Positions 1-12,140 of a stretch of 32,000 nt of DNA are shown here, piece after piece. Both the position numbers and the translations under genes were made by a program. Within the stretch, counting starts at the first letter, position 1. The number at the start of each line of letters is the position of its first letter. The DNA comes from Mycobacterium leprae TN (GTDB lineage: Bacteria > Actinomycetota > Actinomycetes > Mycobacteriales > Mycobacteriaceae): assembly GCF_000195855.1 (NCBI RefSeq), contig NC_002677.1:2310001-2342000 (forward strand). Direction: 5' to 3'. Below the pieces are notes generated by a model. It worked only from the letters and a program-made list of their open reading frames with translations, was not told the DNA's origin and did no database searches.

Positions 1-1502
<1,502 letters not shown>

Positions 1503-1557
1503 CTAGCCTGGCGTTCCCGACATTGGCAGCGGGCCGCAAGAGCCCCTCAATAAGGTC

Positions 1558-2061
1558 TCAGCTCGTCACCAAGACGATGACACCCGGCGGCTGGTTGGTG
1601 ATTGCAGCAATTCGCGGCTCAACAGGTGCTCCTAATTTCTGACCCACTGCGTCAGCGGTGGCGTACTCTCCCTCGGCATCCGAGTAGTACACCGTGGTGG
1701 CCGAGACGTCAGACACCACCAGGTTATCGACCTCGGTGACTTTGAAACCGGCGGTGGTGAGCTGGTCGCGAGTGCGCGCAGCGATACCCTCTTTCGAAGA
1801 GATATTGTACACGCGGACCTCCGCCTGGTTCGCCGCAGAGGTGCTGCTTGTCGAAGTGGCCGCCGGGGTGGTAGGGGTATTGGGCATGCTCGACATCGGC
1901 AACGCCGAGTAATCATCAGAGTTTCCGGATGAACCCAGAGCCTGCCACCCGAGCAGCAGGAAAATGACACCAAGAAACAACAGCACCATAACCATAGCCC
2001 GCAGGGGAAGACCCGAAGAATCGGGGACACACTTATTCACCAAGCCCACTGTATCCACCAA
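1558..2061 (-). CDS. LytR_C-domain membrane protein (Rv0431-like)
   Basis: 167-aa ORF with an N-terminal TM helix (AMVMVLLFLGVIFLLLGW), a Ser/Thr/Pro linker, and a C-terminal LytR_C-like segment (VRVYNISSKEGIAARTRDQLTTAGFKV...PPGVIVLV). It sits between sodC and def. The in-frame GTG at 2043 (VNKCVPDSSGLP) is a plausible true start. Confidence 0.8.
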   Translation of the reverse strand: MVDTVGLVNKCVPDSSGLPLRAMVMVLLFLGVIFLLLGWQALGSSGNSDDYSALPMSSMPNTPTTPAATSTSSTSAANQAEVRVYNISSKEGIAARTRDQLTTAGFKVTEVDNLVVSDVSATTVYYSDAEGEYATADAVGQKLGAPVEPRIAAITNQPPGVIVLVTS

Positions 2062-2091
2062 TAGGTTAAAACCTGCAAAACCACAGGGCTG

Positions 2092-2400
2092 TCAGGTTAC
2101 CTCGAAGCCGAGACGACGCGCTGCACGCGCCTTTTGACGGCTAGCTCGCAATCGGCGTAGCCGCTTCACTAGCATAGGGTCAACAGCAAGCGCCTCGGGG
2201 CGATCGACCAACGCATTGAGCACTTGATAGTAGCGCGTCGCTGACATTGAGAACAACTCTTTGATAGCTTCTTCCTTGACGCCGGCAAATTTCCACCACT
2301 GACGTTCGAACGCAAGGATGTCATGCTCGCGACGGGTGAGCCCATCGACGATCTCAACGTCGTCTCCCGCTCGATGTGCCCGCGCCATGGCGCCGTCCAT
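2092..2400 (-). CDS. DUF3263-like small protein (Rv0430-like)
   Basis: Intact 102-aa ORF (LTRREHDILAFERQWWKFAGVKEEAIKELFSMSATRYYQVLNALVDRPEALAVDPMLVKRLRRLR). It is divergent from def, as in other mycobacteria. The family name is recalled, not searched. Confidence 0.8.
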   Translation of the reverse strand: MDGAMARAHRAGDDVEIVDGLTRREHDILAFERQWWKFAGVKEEAIKELFSMSATRYYQVLNALVDRPEALAVDPMLVKRLRRLRASRQKARAARRLGFEVT

Positions 2401-2576
2401 ATCGTTTCCCTGGACCTTTCCCGCGGATTCTCAAATTGCTTGATGACTCTTGACCCACATAAAGGCATGTCTCGGCGCACATTTAATCATGCCGGCAAGT
2501 ATTAGCACGTAACCCAGACCCGCGAGTCGGCCAACTTGCTTGGAATGTTCGAACAGATCGTCCGCCACCGCCGCTA

Positions 2577-2626
2577 TGCGATTGCCATGGTCGGCGGGCT
2601 TAAGCTAGCCGACCATGGCAATCGCA
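2577..2626. repeat. 50-bp near-perfect palindrome overlapping the def start codon (possible operator or translation-occluding hairpin)
   Basis: Arm 2577-2595 (tgcgattgccatggtcggc) is the exact reverse complement of arm 2608-2626 (gccgaccatggcaatcgca), 19/19. The 12-nt spacer gggcttaagcta has a palindromic core gcttaagc. The def ATG (2615-2617) lies inside the right arm. Confidence 0.9.
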
Positions 2627-3208
2627 CCCATTCGCATTGTGGGAGATCCAGTCTTACACACACCGACGGCACCGGTGCAAGTCGCCGCTGACGGTTCGCT
2701 ACCAGCGAACCTTAACGGATTGATCTCCACAATGTATGACACGATGGACGCCGCCCACGGGGTCGGCCTGGCCGCTAACCAGATCGGGTACGGACTACGG
2801 GTGTTCGTCTACGACTGCGCCGAGGACTGTAGACAGACCGCCCGCCGGCGCGGTGTGGTCATCAACCCGATCTTGGAAACTTCCGAGATACCCGAAACAA
2901 TGCCCGACCCGGATACCGACAACGAAGGTTGCTTATCGGTTCCGGGAGAGTCATTTCCTATAGGGCGTGCACAGTGGGCACGTGTTACTGGCCTCGACGC
3001 CGATGGCAACCCGGTTACTACCGAAGGCACCGGCCTGTTTGCACGGATGCTGCAACACGAAACCGGGCACCTGGACGGTTTTCTGTACCTGGACTATCTC
3101 ATTGGCCGACACGCTCGCAGCGCCAAGCGAGCCATCAAGTCACGCCACTGGGGCGTTCCCGGACTATCGTGGATGCCGGGCGAGGTGCCCGACCCATTCG
3201 GTCCCTAA
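2615..3208 (+). CDS. def: Peptide deformylase
   Basis: Intact 197-aa ORF with the three deformylase motifs: [18 protein letters not shown] and QHETGHLDG. Confidence 0.95.
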   Translation: MAIAPIRIVGDPVLHTPTAPVQVAADGSLPANLNGLISTMYDTMDAAHGVGLAANQIGYGLRVFVYDCAEDCRQTARRRGVVINPILETSEIPETMPDPDTDNEGCLSVPGESFPIGRAQWARVTGLDADGNPVTTEGTGLFARMLQHETGHLDGFLYLDYLIGRHARSAKRAIKSRHWGVPGLSWMPGEVPDPFGP

Positions 3209-3733
3209 TGGTCTCGTGACCGAACCCCGAAACCAGGGTAACGGGCCCGGTACCGTCCGTCCTGCCGGTGCGGTCCCATCGCTGACCGGTGCCGTAAGAC
3301 ACTTCCTGGCGATCGATCCAGTAGTGCGGATCGAGGGATCCAAGACAGGCGCGGTCGTCAAGTGCGCACCGGCTGAGGCGGCCGGCACTGAGAGTACTGA
3401 CCGACTCACCGGTACACACCGCACAGTTCCAGTGCCTTGGGCACGGAGCGGCCGCGAGTTGGCCGAGCGTCGAATAAACTTGGTCCGACGGCTGGCTGCT
3501 GCAGACCGGATACAGAGCCACATTTGACGCCAATTTAGCAATGCCACTAAACATTTTAGCTTATACTGCTGCGATTCCAGCAACTCTCAAGTGGTCCCGC
3601 AGCCGCGTCCAGACACCACTGCCAGCTATCCCCGATCGCTTGCTACCAGTGTCCGTCGACGTGTTCACGCAGTCATCCACTGCGAACTAGTGTTCGGCAC
3701 CCATCCAAGTGTTGCTGTCGCAGCGTAAAGCCT
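3209..3733 (+). pseudogene. Decayed DNA between def and xthA; possibly a truncated remnant of the acetyltransferase gene found here in M. tuberculosis (Rv0428c)
   Basis: No frame stays open across the interval, and the long ORFs here overlap each other on both strands. The assignment rests on position only; I could not recognise acetyltransferase motifs. Confidence 0.25.
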
Positions 3734-4559
3734 ATGCTCGACACACCTGACGGCACCCTACGTCTGGCCACCTGTAACATAAATTCAGTTAGCACCCGTC
3801 TGGATCGCATCATCAGCTGGCTGATATGCGCCGACGTCGACGTAATGGCCATGCAGGAGACAAAGTGCTCCGATAGCCAGGTCCTCTCTTGCTGCTGTAC
3901 AAACTTGGCGACGAGAGCGCCCACATCGGCTGCAACCAGTGGAATCGCTTCGCGATAGCCTCTCGCATCATCCTCGATGACGTACAGATCGGTTTCGACG
4001 GCCAGCCCAGCTGAAGTAGCTAAACTAGAAGCGGACGTTACCACGGAAACTGGCAGCACTTGCGCCGGCGTGCGCGTGTTGAGTCTATATTTGTCTAACG
4101 GCCACACGCTAGACAACCCCCATCAGACCATACAAGCTAGATCGGGTTGCCACGTTCAATAATACAAAACGAAGACTGGCTACGCTACAATTCTGCCGCG
4201 CAGATCACAGCTGGTCGATGACTAGAATGTCGCTCCGACCGACAAAGCTATCTGGAGCACCGAAGTCTTTACCTGTTGCACCCAAATGTCTCCGAGCCGG
4301 AACGCAAAGCGTTTCAATGCCATCGTCGATACGCTATTCATCGACGTGGTATGAACCTCCATCGCAGTACCCGGCTTCTACAACTACTGGGACTACACCC
4401 GACTGCGGTTCCCCAAGAAGCGGAGTATGCATATCGACTTCATTATTCTTCCTAGCCAACGTTAGCTAGCCGGGTGACTGACGTGCAGATCGACCGCAAG
4501 GAGCGCAAGAGCAAGGCGCCCAGTAGACCACGACCGGTCCTCGTCGATCTAAAGCACTG
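3734..4559 (+). pseudogene. xthA: Exodeoxyribonuclease III (AP endonuclease), decayed
   Basis: The N-terminus is recognisable (LRLATCNINSVSTRLDRIISWLICADVDVMAMQETKCSDSQ, ORF 3734-3958). Later pieces fall in other frames: AGVRVLSLYLSNGHTLDNPH (ORF 3977-4162), VSEPERKAF near 4290, and YWDYTRLRFPKKRSMHIDFII...DRKERKSKAPS..RPVLVDLKH ending at the TGA at 4557-4559. There are several frameshifts and in-frame stops. Confidence 0.9.
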
Positions 4560-4790
4560 ACCTGACGCGTGTGCAACGCGGTTCGCCGAACGCAACGTTG
4601 ACCGCGCAGCAGGGTAGCCACCAAAAATTGCATCCAGCTGCTCGTTGTCTGCGCGTTTGCAACATGGCAGGCTTTCGATTGTCAGATGCGTATAACAATT
4701 TGCATTGTTGCTGTTCACTGTGCGTTCAACGGGCATACAACCGTTGCCACGGAGGTTTGCAACGAGAGCGACTGAGACCAGGGAGTGATC

Positions 4791-5234
4791 ATGAGCGTCG
4801 TAGGCGGGGCAGTCCGCGGCGTGGGTAGAGGTCTAGGTAAAGCGGTAAGTCGTGCGGCCATAGCAACCACAGCAGCCGCGGGCGCGGTGGGTGGTGCCGC
4901 GGTGAATAGCATTGTCGGCGGTGTAACGGGAGCCGCGGAGGGTGTTAAACGTGGAATCAGAACAGGCAGGCACTCGACATCAACAGCCGCGTTAGTCCTG
5001 GGCGCGCTTGGCGTTGCCGGATTGGTCGAGTGGCCTATACTGTTGGCTGTCGGCGGCGGTGCGTTGTTATTGAGCAAAATGCGCCCAATACCGGACCCGG
5101 CTGCACCGGAAGCAAAAGCTAAACTCAAGCCAGTACCCACCAACTCGACGCAACGCAAGAGTACCAGCAAACCGGCGGCCAAGAAAACGACTCGCCGCCG
5201 CACGGCCACCACTGAACTGCAGGGCACCAATTGA
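4791..5234 (+). CDS. Small Gly/Ala-rich membrane protein (Rv0426c-like)
   Basis: Intact ORF. The ATG at 4791 is preceded by agggag (4780-4785); the track start GTG at 4785 is the alternative. Gly/Ala-rich N-terminus, one or two TM helices (AALVLGALGVAGLVEWPILLAVGGGALLL), and a Lys/Thr/Pro-rich tail. It sits between xthA and ctpH. Confidence 0.6.
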   Translation: MSVVGGAVRGVGRGLGKAVSRAAIATTAAAGAVGGAAVNSIVGGVTGAAEGVKRGIRTGRHSTSTAALVLGALGVAGLVEWPILLAVGGGALLLSKMRPIPDPAAPEAKAKLKPVPTNSTQRKSTSKPAAKKTTRRRTATTELQGTN

Positions 5235-5269
5235 TCAGTACCTTCAACTAGAACTGAGTAACCGTTGAG

Positions 5270-8200
5270 CATTGGTGCATCGATACGACGGTCTTTGCCG
5301 GTGTGCCTTGTCGCAGCCGGTGTTCCAGGTAACCACCACGCTTGCCGATGACTCAATGACCACTGCGACAGCGGTCGTCGGAACGCTGGTGAAGTACCGC
5401 ACTCTACCAGAGATAATACTCTATCCGGCGCTGTTTCTTGGTGCGGCAAGAACCGTTCCTGGGTCAAAGTACGCAGCCTTAAACGACACTGGCAACGATG
5501 AACTCGGCCGGGTCGTGCTCCAAGTAGTGCAAGCCCAAACTGGTGTCACGTCGGCCAACTTGAACTATCTGCTGTCGTGTATCCTCGTCGGCATCGGCTA
5601 TCCCGCCATTTCAGCACGCCCTGTGCCGTGTGGTCGATAACGCCGAAAAGCACAGCCACCCAAGCTAAGATGCAAGAAATCCGCCGTCGCTTACGGCGAG
5701 CCTGCCTAGTAACAGCTTAGTATTGGCTGCCAGAGCCATTGACAATAGGCACCACCGCTGCCGAGTTAGGTGTCACACTCACCGGCCAAGCGTTACGCTG
5801 GCCGGGATTGCCGCTGAGTATCCTGGTGAACGGGGTCACCGTGGACTACCAACCCCGGATATACCCGATTGTTTGGAAACGGCGTCGGCCAGGACAATAC
5901 TGGGGTCTGGCCGTTGCCACCCCGGAAACTGTCACATTGCTATGGGCATCCTGGACGACGGATGCAGCTGATACAGACACTGTACGGTTTCCGAGGCGCC
6001 AGCTTGACGTCGCTCGACCATTTCAGCCGCCGGCACGTCCTGTGTCGTTACCTCGGAGCCCACTCGAACACACCGCCGATCGGCTCGCAGTCATACAAGC
6101 CTTCGTCGCCGAGTTGATTGACAAACCGCTACCGGCAAGGTCAAGTTGGCCGGCACAGCGGCGTTGGTGGCCATGCCCAAGGCCTGCTGGATGTCGCGTG
6201 CCGTAAGGCGTTCACCGCCACGCTGGGGCAAAGCTTAGCCTGGCCAGCACTCGGGACTGTATATCTTTTCATTCTGCCTAGGGGTCTAAATCGGCTGGAC
6301 CGGGTCTACGCGATCGTCGTCATAGATCCGCGGTGTTATACACCGATTCGTTACGAGTGGCGCACAGATCCGCGGTGTCGACGATGAACGGTCCACGGCC
6401 TGTAACGTGCCCAGATCATGCCAGCTAAAGATAGCCTTCGTCCGTCATCCGGGCTAACACCGGGTGCCCGGAGTATCAGCCAGCCGGATGCGGAAGTGTA
6501 GGCGCTGTTCCGCCCCAACCTCCAGCCGTTAGCCACTGCGGTGATCGCCGAGGCGCAGCGCGCTGAGGCAGAGTTGGTCTCCGCCGATGTCGACACGCTG
6601 GAAGAGCTGCGCGCAGCCTTCGACGACATCCGACCTCTCAATGACGAAGCAGACAGCTCCATCGACAAAGCCCCTCGCCAGCGTGGTAGCAACCCTGCAG
6701 CAGGCGGGCCGCACGGTGGCAGTGGTGTCCGTGACGGGCACCCAAGTGATGGCGTCAGCCGGACATGGCGTTGGGCGTGATGGCAACACTCAGATCGCAT
6801 TCGCGACCCTAGTGTAACCGACGTCACGCTGGCCAATCTAGCAGGCGTCTGGCGGATGCTGCACACACTTACAGCAACCCGTGCTGCAAGCCGGCGCGGA
6901 ATCAAGATATCCACCAACGCAACAGCTTTGAACTACAAATGATACTGGCGGGCGGCCACAACCGGAGGTCAGGAACCGTTGTCACGGTAACAGTGGCAGA
7001 TGTGTTGTCAAGGTACCTGCTAGCCCGTAAGGTGGTTGGCGCAGCCACTCCACACCCGGCACCTGTCTACGAGTAGCACACGATGTCAGTCGAACAGATC
7101 CGCAAGATGTGCTTCCGCTTGGTGGCCCGCACTCTTGCGACCGCAAAGCGTGGCGCGCAGTCGACCGAGCCGCCCAGGCATGCGAGTCTGACAATTCTTA
7201 AGAGCCGTCCGTGCAGAGTTGTCGGATCCGCTGACTCCCATTCTGGCCCTCGGCTCAGTGGCCAGCGCGATCGTGATGCTAGGTTCGCCGATAGACGCCG
7301 GTTATGGCCAGTTCGATCCTGACCCGGAAACTCTATTCTCGCGACCAGCTCAGCGGTTGCGCGCCAAAAGCCGGCTCAACCGCTGGGTTGGCTGCCCCAG
7401 ATGCCGCCGGCTAGAAAAGCCTGCAGGACCGGGTCCCTACTGGCCTAGCCGGTGTTACACCGATGTCATAGCCGAACAACTGTGCCCCGGGCGATGTCAT
7501 CGAAGTCTAGCCCCACGAGGTGATACCCACCGATGCCCGAACGATTCAAAGAGGTCGATGTCGAAGTAGATGAATCCTCGCTTACCGGCGCGACCAACTA
7601 GCTCGAAGCCACTCCGAGCACCAACCTGACCGAACATCGCTACATGTTGTTTCGGCGGTACCACCATGGTGGCGGGAACAGCTGGTCGCGGCGGTGACCG
7701 CGATCGGGACCGACACCCAGGAGCGACGCGCCGCCGAACTCCTATCAAACAATCTGTCCGACGTCGGCCTACACTACTATAACTATAACCCTATACCCGA
7801 TTCGGGTTCACCAGGGCTTACGCCAAGCCACAGCCAACGGCATCCCCGTTACGATAGCCAACGTCCCGGAAAGGATGCCCCCTGGTAGCTACGTTGACGA
7901 CGCAGGCATAGGCATATGAGTTTACCAATTCGGGCTTTAGTCCGTGTCCTACGTTCATTGGAGACGCTCGGCCATGTAGAACGTTGTTCTTGTTCCGGCC
8001 AAGACCGGAACGCTCAGAGAGAACCGTGTACGGGTGGCACAGATGCACCCAGCTACCGGGCTCGCATACAAGGAGGCACTGCGCTGTGCGGCCTACACCG
8101 CTCCGTCATCGAACGGCGCCCCGCAGATCCATGCCACCTACGTAGCTCACGTTTAGGCCGCTGCGATCGTCAGCACAGAACCCACCGCTCACCTTCCATT

Positions 8201-9330
8201 CCTTTCCGGCAGGTCGTTCTCTGCGTCCATGTCTGGCACCGAACTCACCGTCAAAGGTGCACCGGAAGTGGTGTTGGCCTTCTGCACGTACGCGGCATCG
8301 AACTCGCCAAACAACATGGAACACACGGTCGCCTAGCTGTCCGCCGGCGGCTTGCGAGTGATCACAGTGACGCGGCGTCCACTGAACCCGTAGCAGGTTC
8401 AATGTATCCGGGACGACCCGGCCGACATTACCGGTTTCTATAGCGACGGCTTGTCCTTAGTGGGGTTGCTCGAGCTATCCGATACCCCGCGCGCGGAATA
8501 GGCCAAACTACTTGAGGATCTTCATGAACACGAGCTAGATGTGCAGCTGGTCACCGGCGATCATCCAATCAATAACCGCGGGATACATCGCTTCAGAATT
8601 CGGCATGGCGGTGAACACCACCCAGATCATCAGCGGTGCCGAGTGGGACGCCTTGTCGCGCAAGGACAAAGAGCTTGCTGGGACTGAGCGAGTCATCTTC
8701 GCCCGGATGACACCAGAGCACAAGGTGCAGACCATGCAGAAGTTAGAACGCAGCGTGCGGGCGGGCGTGCGCGATGGTCGGCGACGGCTCCAACGCCGCC
8801 GTCGTTATCGGTGTTGTGAGGCAGCAATGCCGACGAGGTAGGGCGCCATCACTGGCAGCGCAATTACCGAAATATCGCCATTGAACACCCGACAGTTGCT
8901 GCTGGTGAACATGCTGACCGACACGCTGCACACTACCGTCTTCGCGGTCAGCAAGCCCAGCGACCCGGTAAGTCCCGACACCCGCGGCCCGGATCGACGC
9001 ACCCTCTGTCGTACTGTCGGCAGCCGCGGGACGACCACCGCGGCGTGAACCTTGGCCAGCTTCACCGGACTGCCGCTCCAGGCATCCACGGTAGCGCTGG
9101 CCGCCGGCCAGTTGGGTGCAAACGCTGCTGGACTCGGATACCGGGCTGGTTGTGCTGACCACTCTGGGATCGCTTGCGACGATGGGGACGTTGATCAGCA
9201 TTACCCCAATAAACCTGCTACTGAGCTACACCCCGCTGGGTTAGACGCAGGCTGCCAGGAACAGCCGCTAACGGCCACAGTTGCCATGGCTGTTCTAAAC
9301 AGTGTACTGCTGGATCCGGACAAATCATCC
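5270..9330 (+). pseudogene. ctpH: Large P-type cation ATPase (CtpH/Rv0425c-like), extensively decayed; boundaries approximate
   Basis: P-type ATPase core motifs survive in scattered frames. LVRVLRSLETLG is followed by the phosphorylation motif DKTGTLTENR, decayed to AKTGTLRENRV (7998-8030). VQLVTGDHP (8541-8567) is followed, after a frameshift, by ITAGYIASEFGM. FARMTPEHKVQTMQKL is present. AMVGDGSNAA (8774-8800) is a truncated GDGxNDxPA. C-terminal TM segments NMLTDTL...ASTVALAAGQLG lie at 8900-9120. No ORF longer than ~190 aa is present in 4 kb. The N-terminal 2.5 kb is assigned by position only. Confidence 0.8.
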
Positions 9331-9535
9331 CCCACGAGACCCACGCCCAATCGGTCTCGCACAATCTTCACCATTCCGATGCGCTACAGCAGCGCATAGA
9401 GTTGCAGCAACGACATCTCTAGCACACGACCCACCGACGAAACTACGGGGTCGACCAGGCCGTCCGTCTACAACATATGTGATACGTTAACCACACGATC
9501 AGGAGAGCCGTCAAATCTTCGTCACTGAAAAGCAA

Positions 9536-9835
9536 ATGAATGGCGGAAAACAAGTTCTCGCCAAACGATATTCCCAGCGTCAAGCTATGAAAAAACCCGC
9601 GGAAAGCGAAACCTTCGCCGTGAACCTCCAGCTGCTGAGCCATACCGAGACACAGCAGCCCGAACAACTGGCCTACTACAGCGGCCTGGCCGCGCTGGCC
9701 GCACTCTAACTCGTCGACTGACCGGTCACCTTGATTATCGCTATCGGACACCTGTTGGCGAGCAACCACCACAACCAGATCCTCGAAGAACTTGGTGAGC
9801 CAATGGAAGAGCTCGAGTCAGCCCCTTACCGTCTC
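9536..9835 (+). pseudogene. Possible relic of a small membrane protein resembling the 4791-5234 product (at the Rv0424c position)
   Basis: The frame from the ATG at 9536 reads ...QLAYYSGLAALAAL*LVD*PVTLIIAIGHLLASNHHNQILEELGEPMEELE, with in-frame TAA (9707-9709) and TGA (9719-9721). The segment L(*)LVD(*)PVTLIIAIGHLLAS resembles GLVEWPILLAVGGGALLLS of the intact upstream gene. The similarity is motif-level only. Confidence 0.3.
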
Positions 9836-12117
9836 ACCTACGTAAACCAGTCTGCGATGAAATGCGAAGGTGCGTCGTTGCCGCTTGACAACAAGCCACC
9901 AGGTGATAGTGGTGTCGTTGGTTCGTTGAGAACCGGACCTTCCCGACTGCCGCACTTCATAGACACATTACCGTTGTAACGTAAGCAAATTGTGCTGGTA
10001 TACCCGCCGGATCGTCCTCGTGGACATCACCCCTTCAGCGGTCAACGCCACGTTAGTAAAGCGTACCTGCAGTTATCCTCCGGCAAACGGGAATGACATC
10101 ATGCTGTGTTCCACACCGTATCGGGGCACCACACCGGTGCGCCCCGCACCCGAGGATGACATCCCAGGCAACCCAGCAGCCGTATCGCCGGCTTCTAATG
10201 CAGTAAACGGGGTACCCTCAAATGCCTTGACATTAATAACAGCCCTCAGTGCCCGCCAAGCGGACGGCACCGAAACATCTGTCCGACCGCACCCGTGCTT
10301 CAGAATAGAGGCGAACACCTCACCCCAGGCCTGCACACACTCCCGCGCCCACAAGGGCAATATTTTAACTCGGCGCCCCTCGAGAATATGTTTTGGTTGC
10401 GAAATCTTTGTATTGTATATACCGTCAAGATGCATTTAAGGACTAAAATAATCATCGAGTAAATTGGGCAACCCTTGCAATATCGACTCAAGCAGCAATT
10501 CCCAGATGCCTTGGAGCCTGGCCGGCGGTTTAGACAACCGCGGCGCTCTGAGCCGGACACACTGTCAGAGTTGGTGTTCTACTGCAGTGACACGAATGGC
10601 GTCAACCCCGGCGAAGCGTCTGCTTAGTCGGCTATCTCGGTGGTGTACCTGACTCGGATGGTGCCCTGAGCCCATATCCCCTCGTAAACGAGATCGGTGC
10701 TCGGGATCACCACGCGATGTTCTGGCCAAAAAAGTTCGTCGCTATCAGGAACACCAGCTGGACACGATTGGTCGTGATCACGACTAGGAGGCACCGTACA
10801 TAATGAACGCTGTTGTCTGTCGCCGTCACCTGGAGGGTCGTCACTTTACTTGGCCGACGGTTGCGGCCAGCCGTTGTACATAGGGAAGAACCTCAGCCGC
10901 CATCGACGCCGACTACGCATCCAACCACTGCGAGTTGGTAGCAAACCCGACACCACCGATGCATAGGTCTCAGCCATAAACTGCCACCGGCGGACAGCCC
11001 CTCTACAGATCACTGCGATGGTCCGCATTGAACCCGACCCCAGGCGTGCATGCAGCTGGAGTGCACCTCCGGCAACAAAGCCCCAAAATCCCATATCTCT
11101 TTATTCCCATGTTCACCGGTGTTCACTTGCACTACATGCGATCCGGTCGCGTGCGCCATGCGCACCAACTGCAATCAGTAGTGCGAACTGCAGCTAATAA
11201 CTGCCTGTTGTCCAACGCCCGTAACCAGGCAGAACCACCCAAAACATGCCCAACCGAGGACCGCAATGATGCACGATGCACACATCGGCCCACCCAAAGT
11301 CACATTCGGCCAACGCGAACAACAGCAACCTGGTCAGCGATGAAAGACTCGACTTAGGCAATCTCGCGCAGGCTACAACAAGTCCGCGATAGCCCGCTGC
11401 CCAGGCCAGCCATTGCCGAGTGTCAGAAGCCAGCAGACGTCTGGAACGAAGTCAAAGATCCGCATTGACCGACAAGTGCAGCGAGCCACAAGGAAACAGG
11501 CGCCCGATGATCTGATCAAGATGCTAAGCGAGTGCATTCAACGCAGGTACTGGGCGACAATCCACACAGCTGGCTGTTTCCCGGCAAATGTGAGCCAGTT
11601 GCATCGAGCTCGGTGTGGCAAGGCTCGCCTACAGGACAACGCCAGGGACCGTGTTTGCCAATCTGACCGGGTTGTTGCGCAACCACACAGTGCACGGTAG
11701 AACGGCCAGCCTTAGCGAGAAGTAGTTCAAAGTCTCGGTGCCCACGCCAACTCCAAAAGATACACGTTGATTGTGTCTTCAAAAACACAACAAAGTAGTA
11801 GCACGGCCAGCACCGAGGGTACTGCTTTAGTTTTGATTCCTCAGTGCAACAGATGCCCCTACCGATCAATAAGTCACGATATGGTTAATCCTACCGTGCG
11901 TCAACTTCCTGCCGTTCCAGGCTGGTTGCCGATGTAGCTATGCGGATTGAAATGGCGCGTAAGGTAACCCGATATTGGTATTGTATATTCAAATACTACA
12001 CCCAAGCCAGCCGAACAACATGTCGTAGAAAGTGATGCGGTGCCCCTAGTCATGCAATCCTGCAAACTCAATGTGACTAAACACCACACCACAGCATTTT
12101 TCCTTTCCAGGTTTAAA
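9836..12117. other. Unassigned decayed DNA at the junction of two synteny blocks
   Basis: No ORF over ~150 aa, and the ORFs present overlap on both strands with non-protein-like composition. It includes AT-rich stretches (about 10380-10460 and 11700-12190). I could not recognise any family by eye. Confidence 0.5.
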
Positions 12118-12140
12118 TCTACTACGTTATAAGTAGTAGA
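12118..12140 (-). terminator. Weak candidate hairpin downstream of ychF
   Basis: tctactac (12118-12125) and gtagtaga (12133-12140) form an 8-bp stem with a 7-nt loop, ~58 nt past the ychF stop. The stem is AT-rich and the trailing T-tract is poor (tttaaacc on the minus strand). Confidence 0.2.

Noticed and set aside
7771-7800. A short actata/ctata micro-repeat (acactactataactataaccctataccc)
   Set aside because: It is only two to three imperfect units inside the ctpH pseudogene, which is not distinguishable from chance low-complexity sequence.
10410-10420. The 11-mer gtattgtatat, shared between 10410-10420 and 11978-11988 in the junction region
   Set aside because: Many chance 11-mer matches are expected within 32 kb, especially between AT-rich patches, and the flanks do not extend the similarity.
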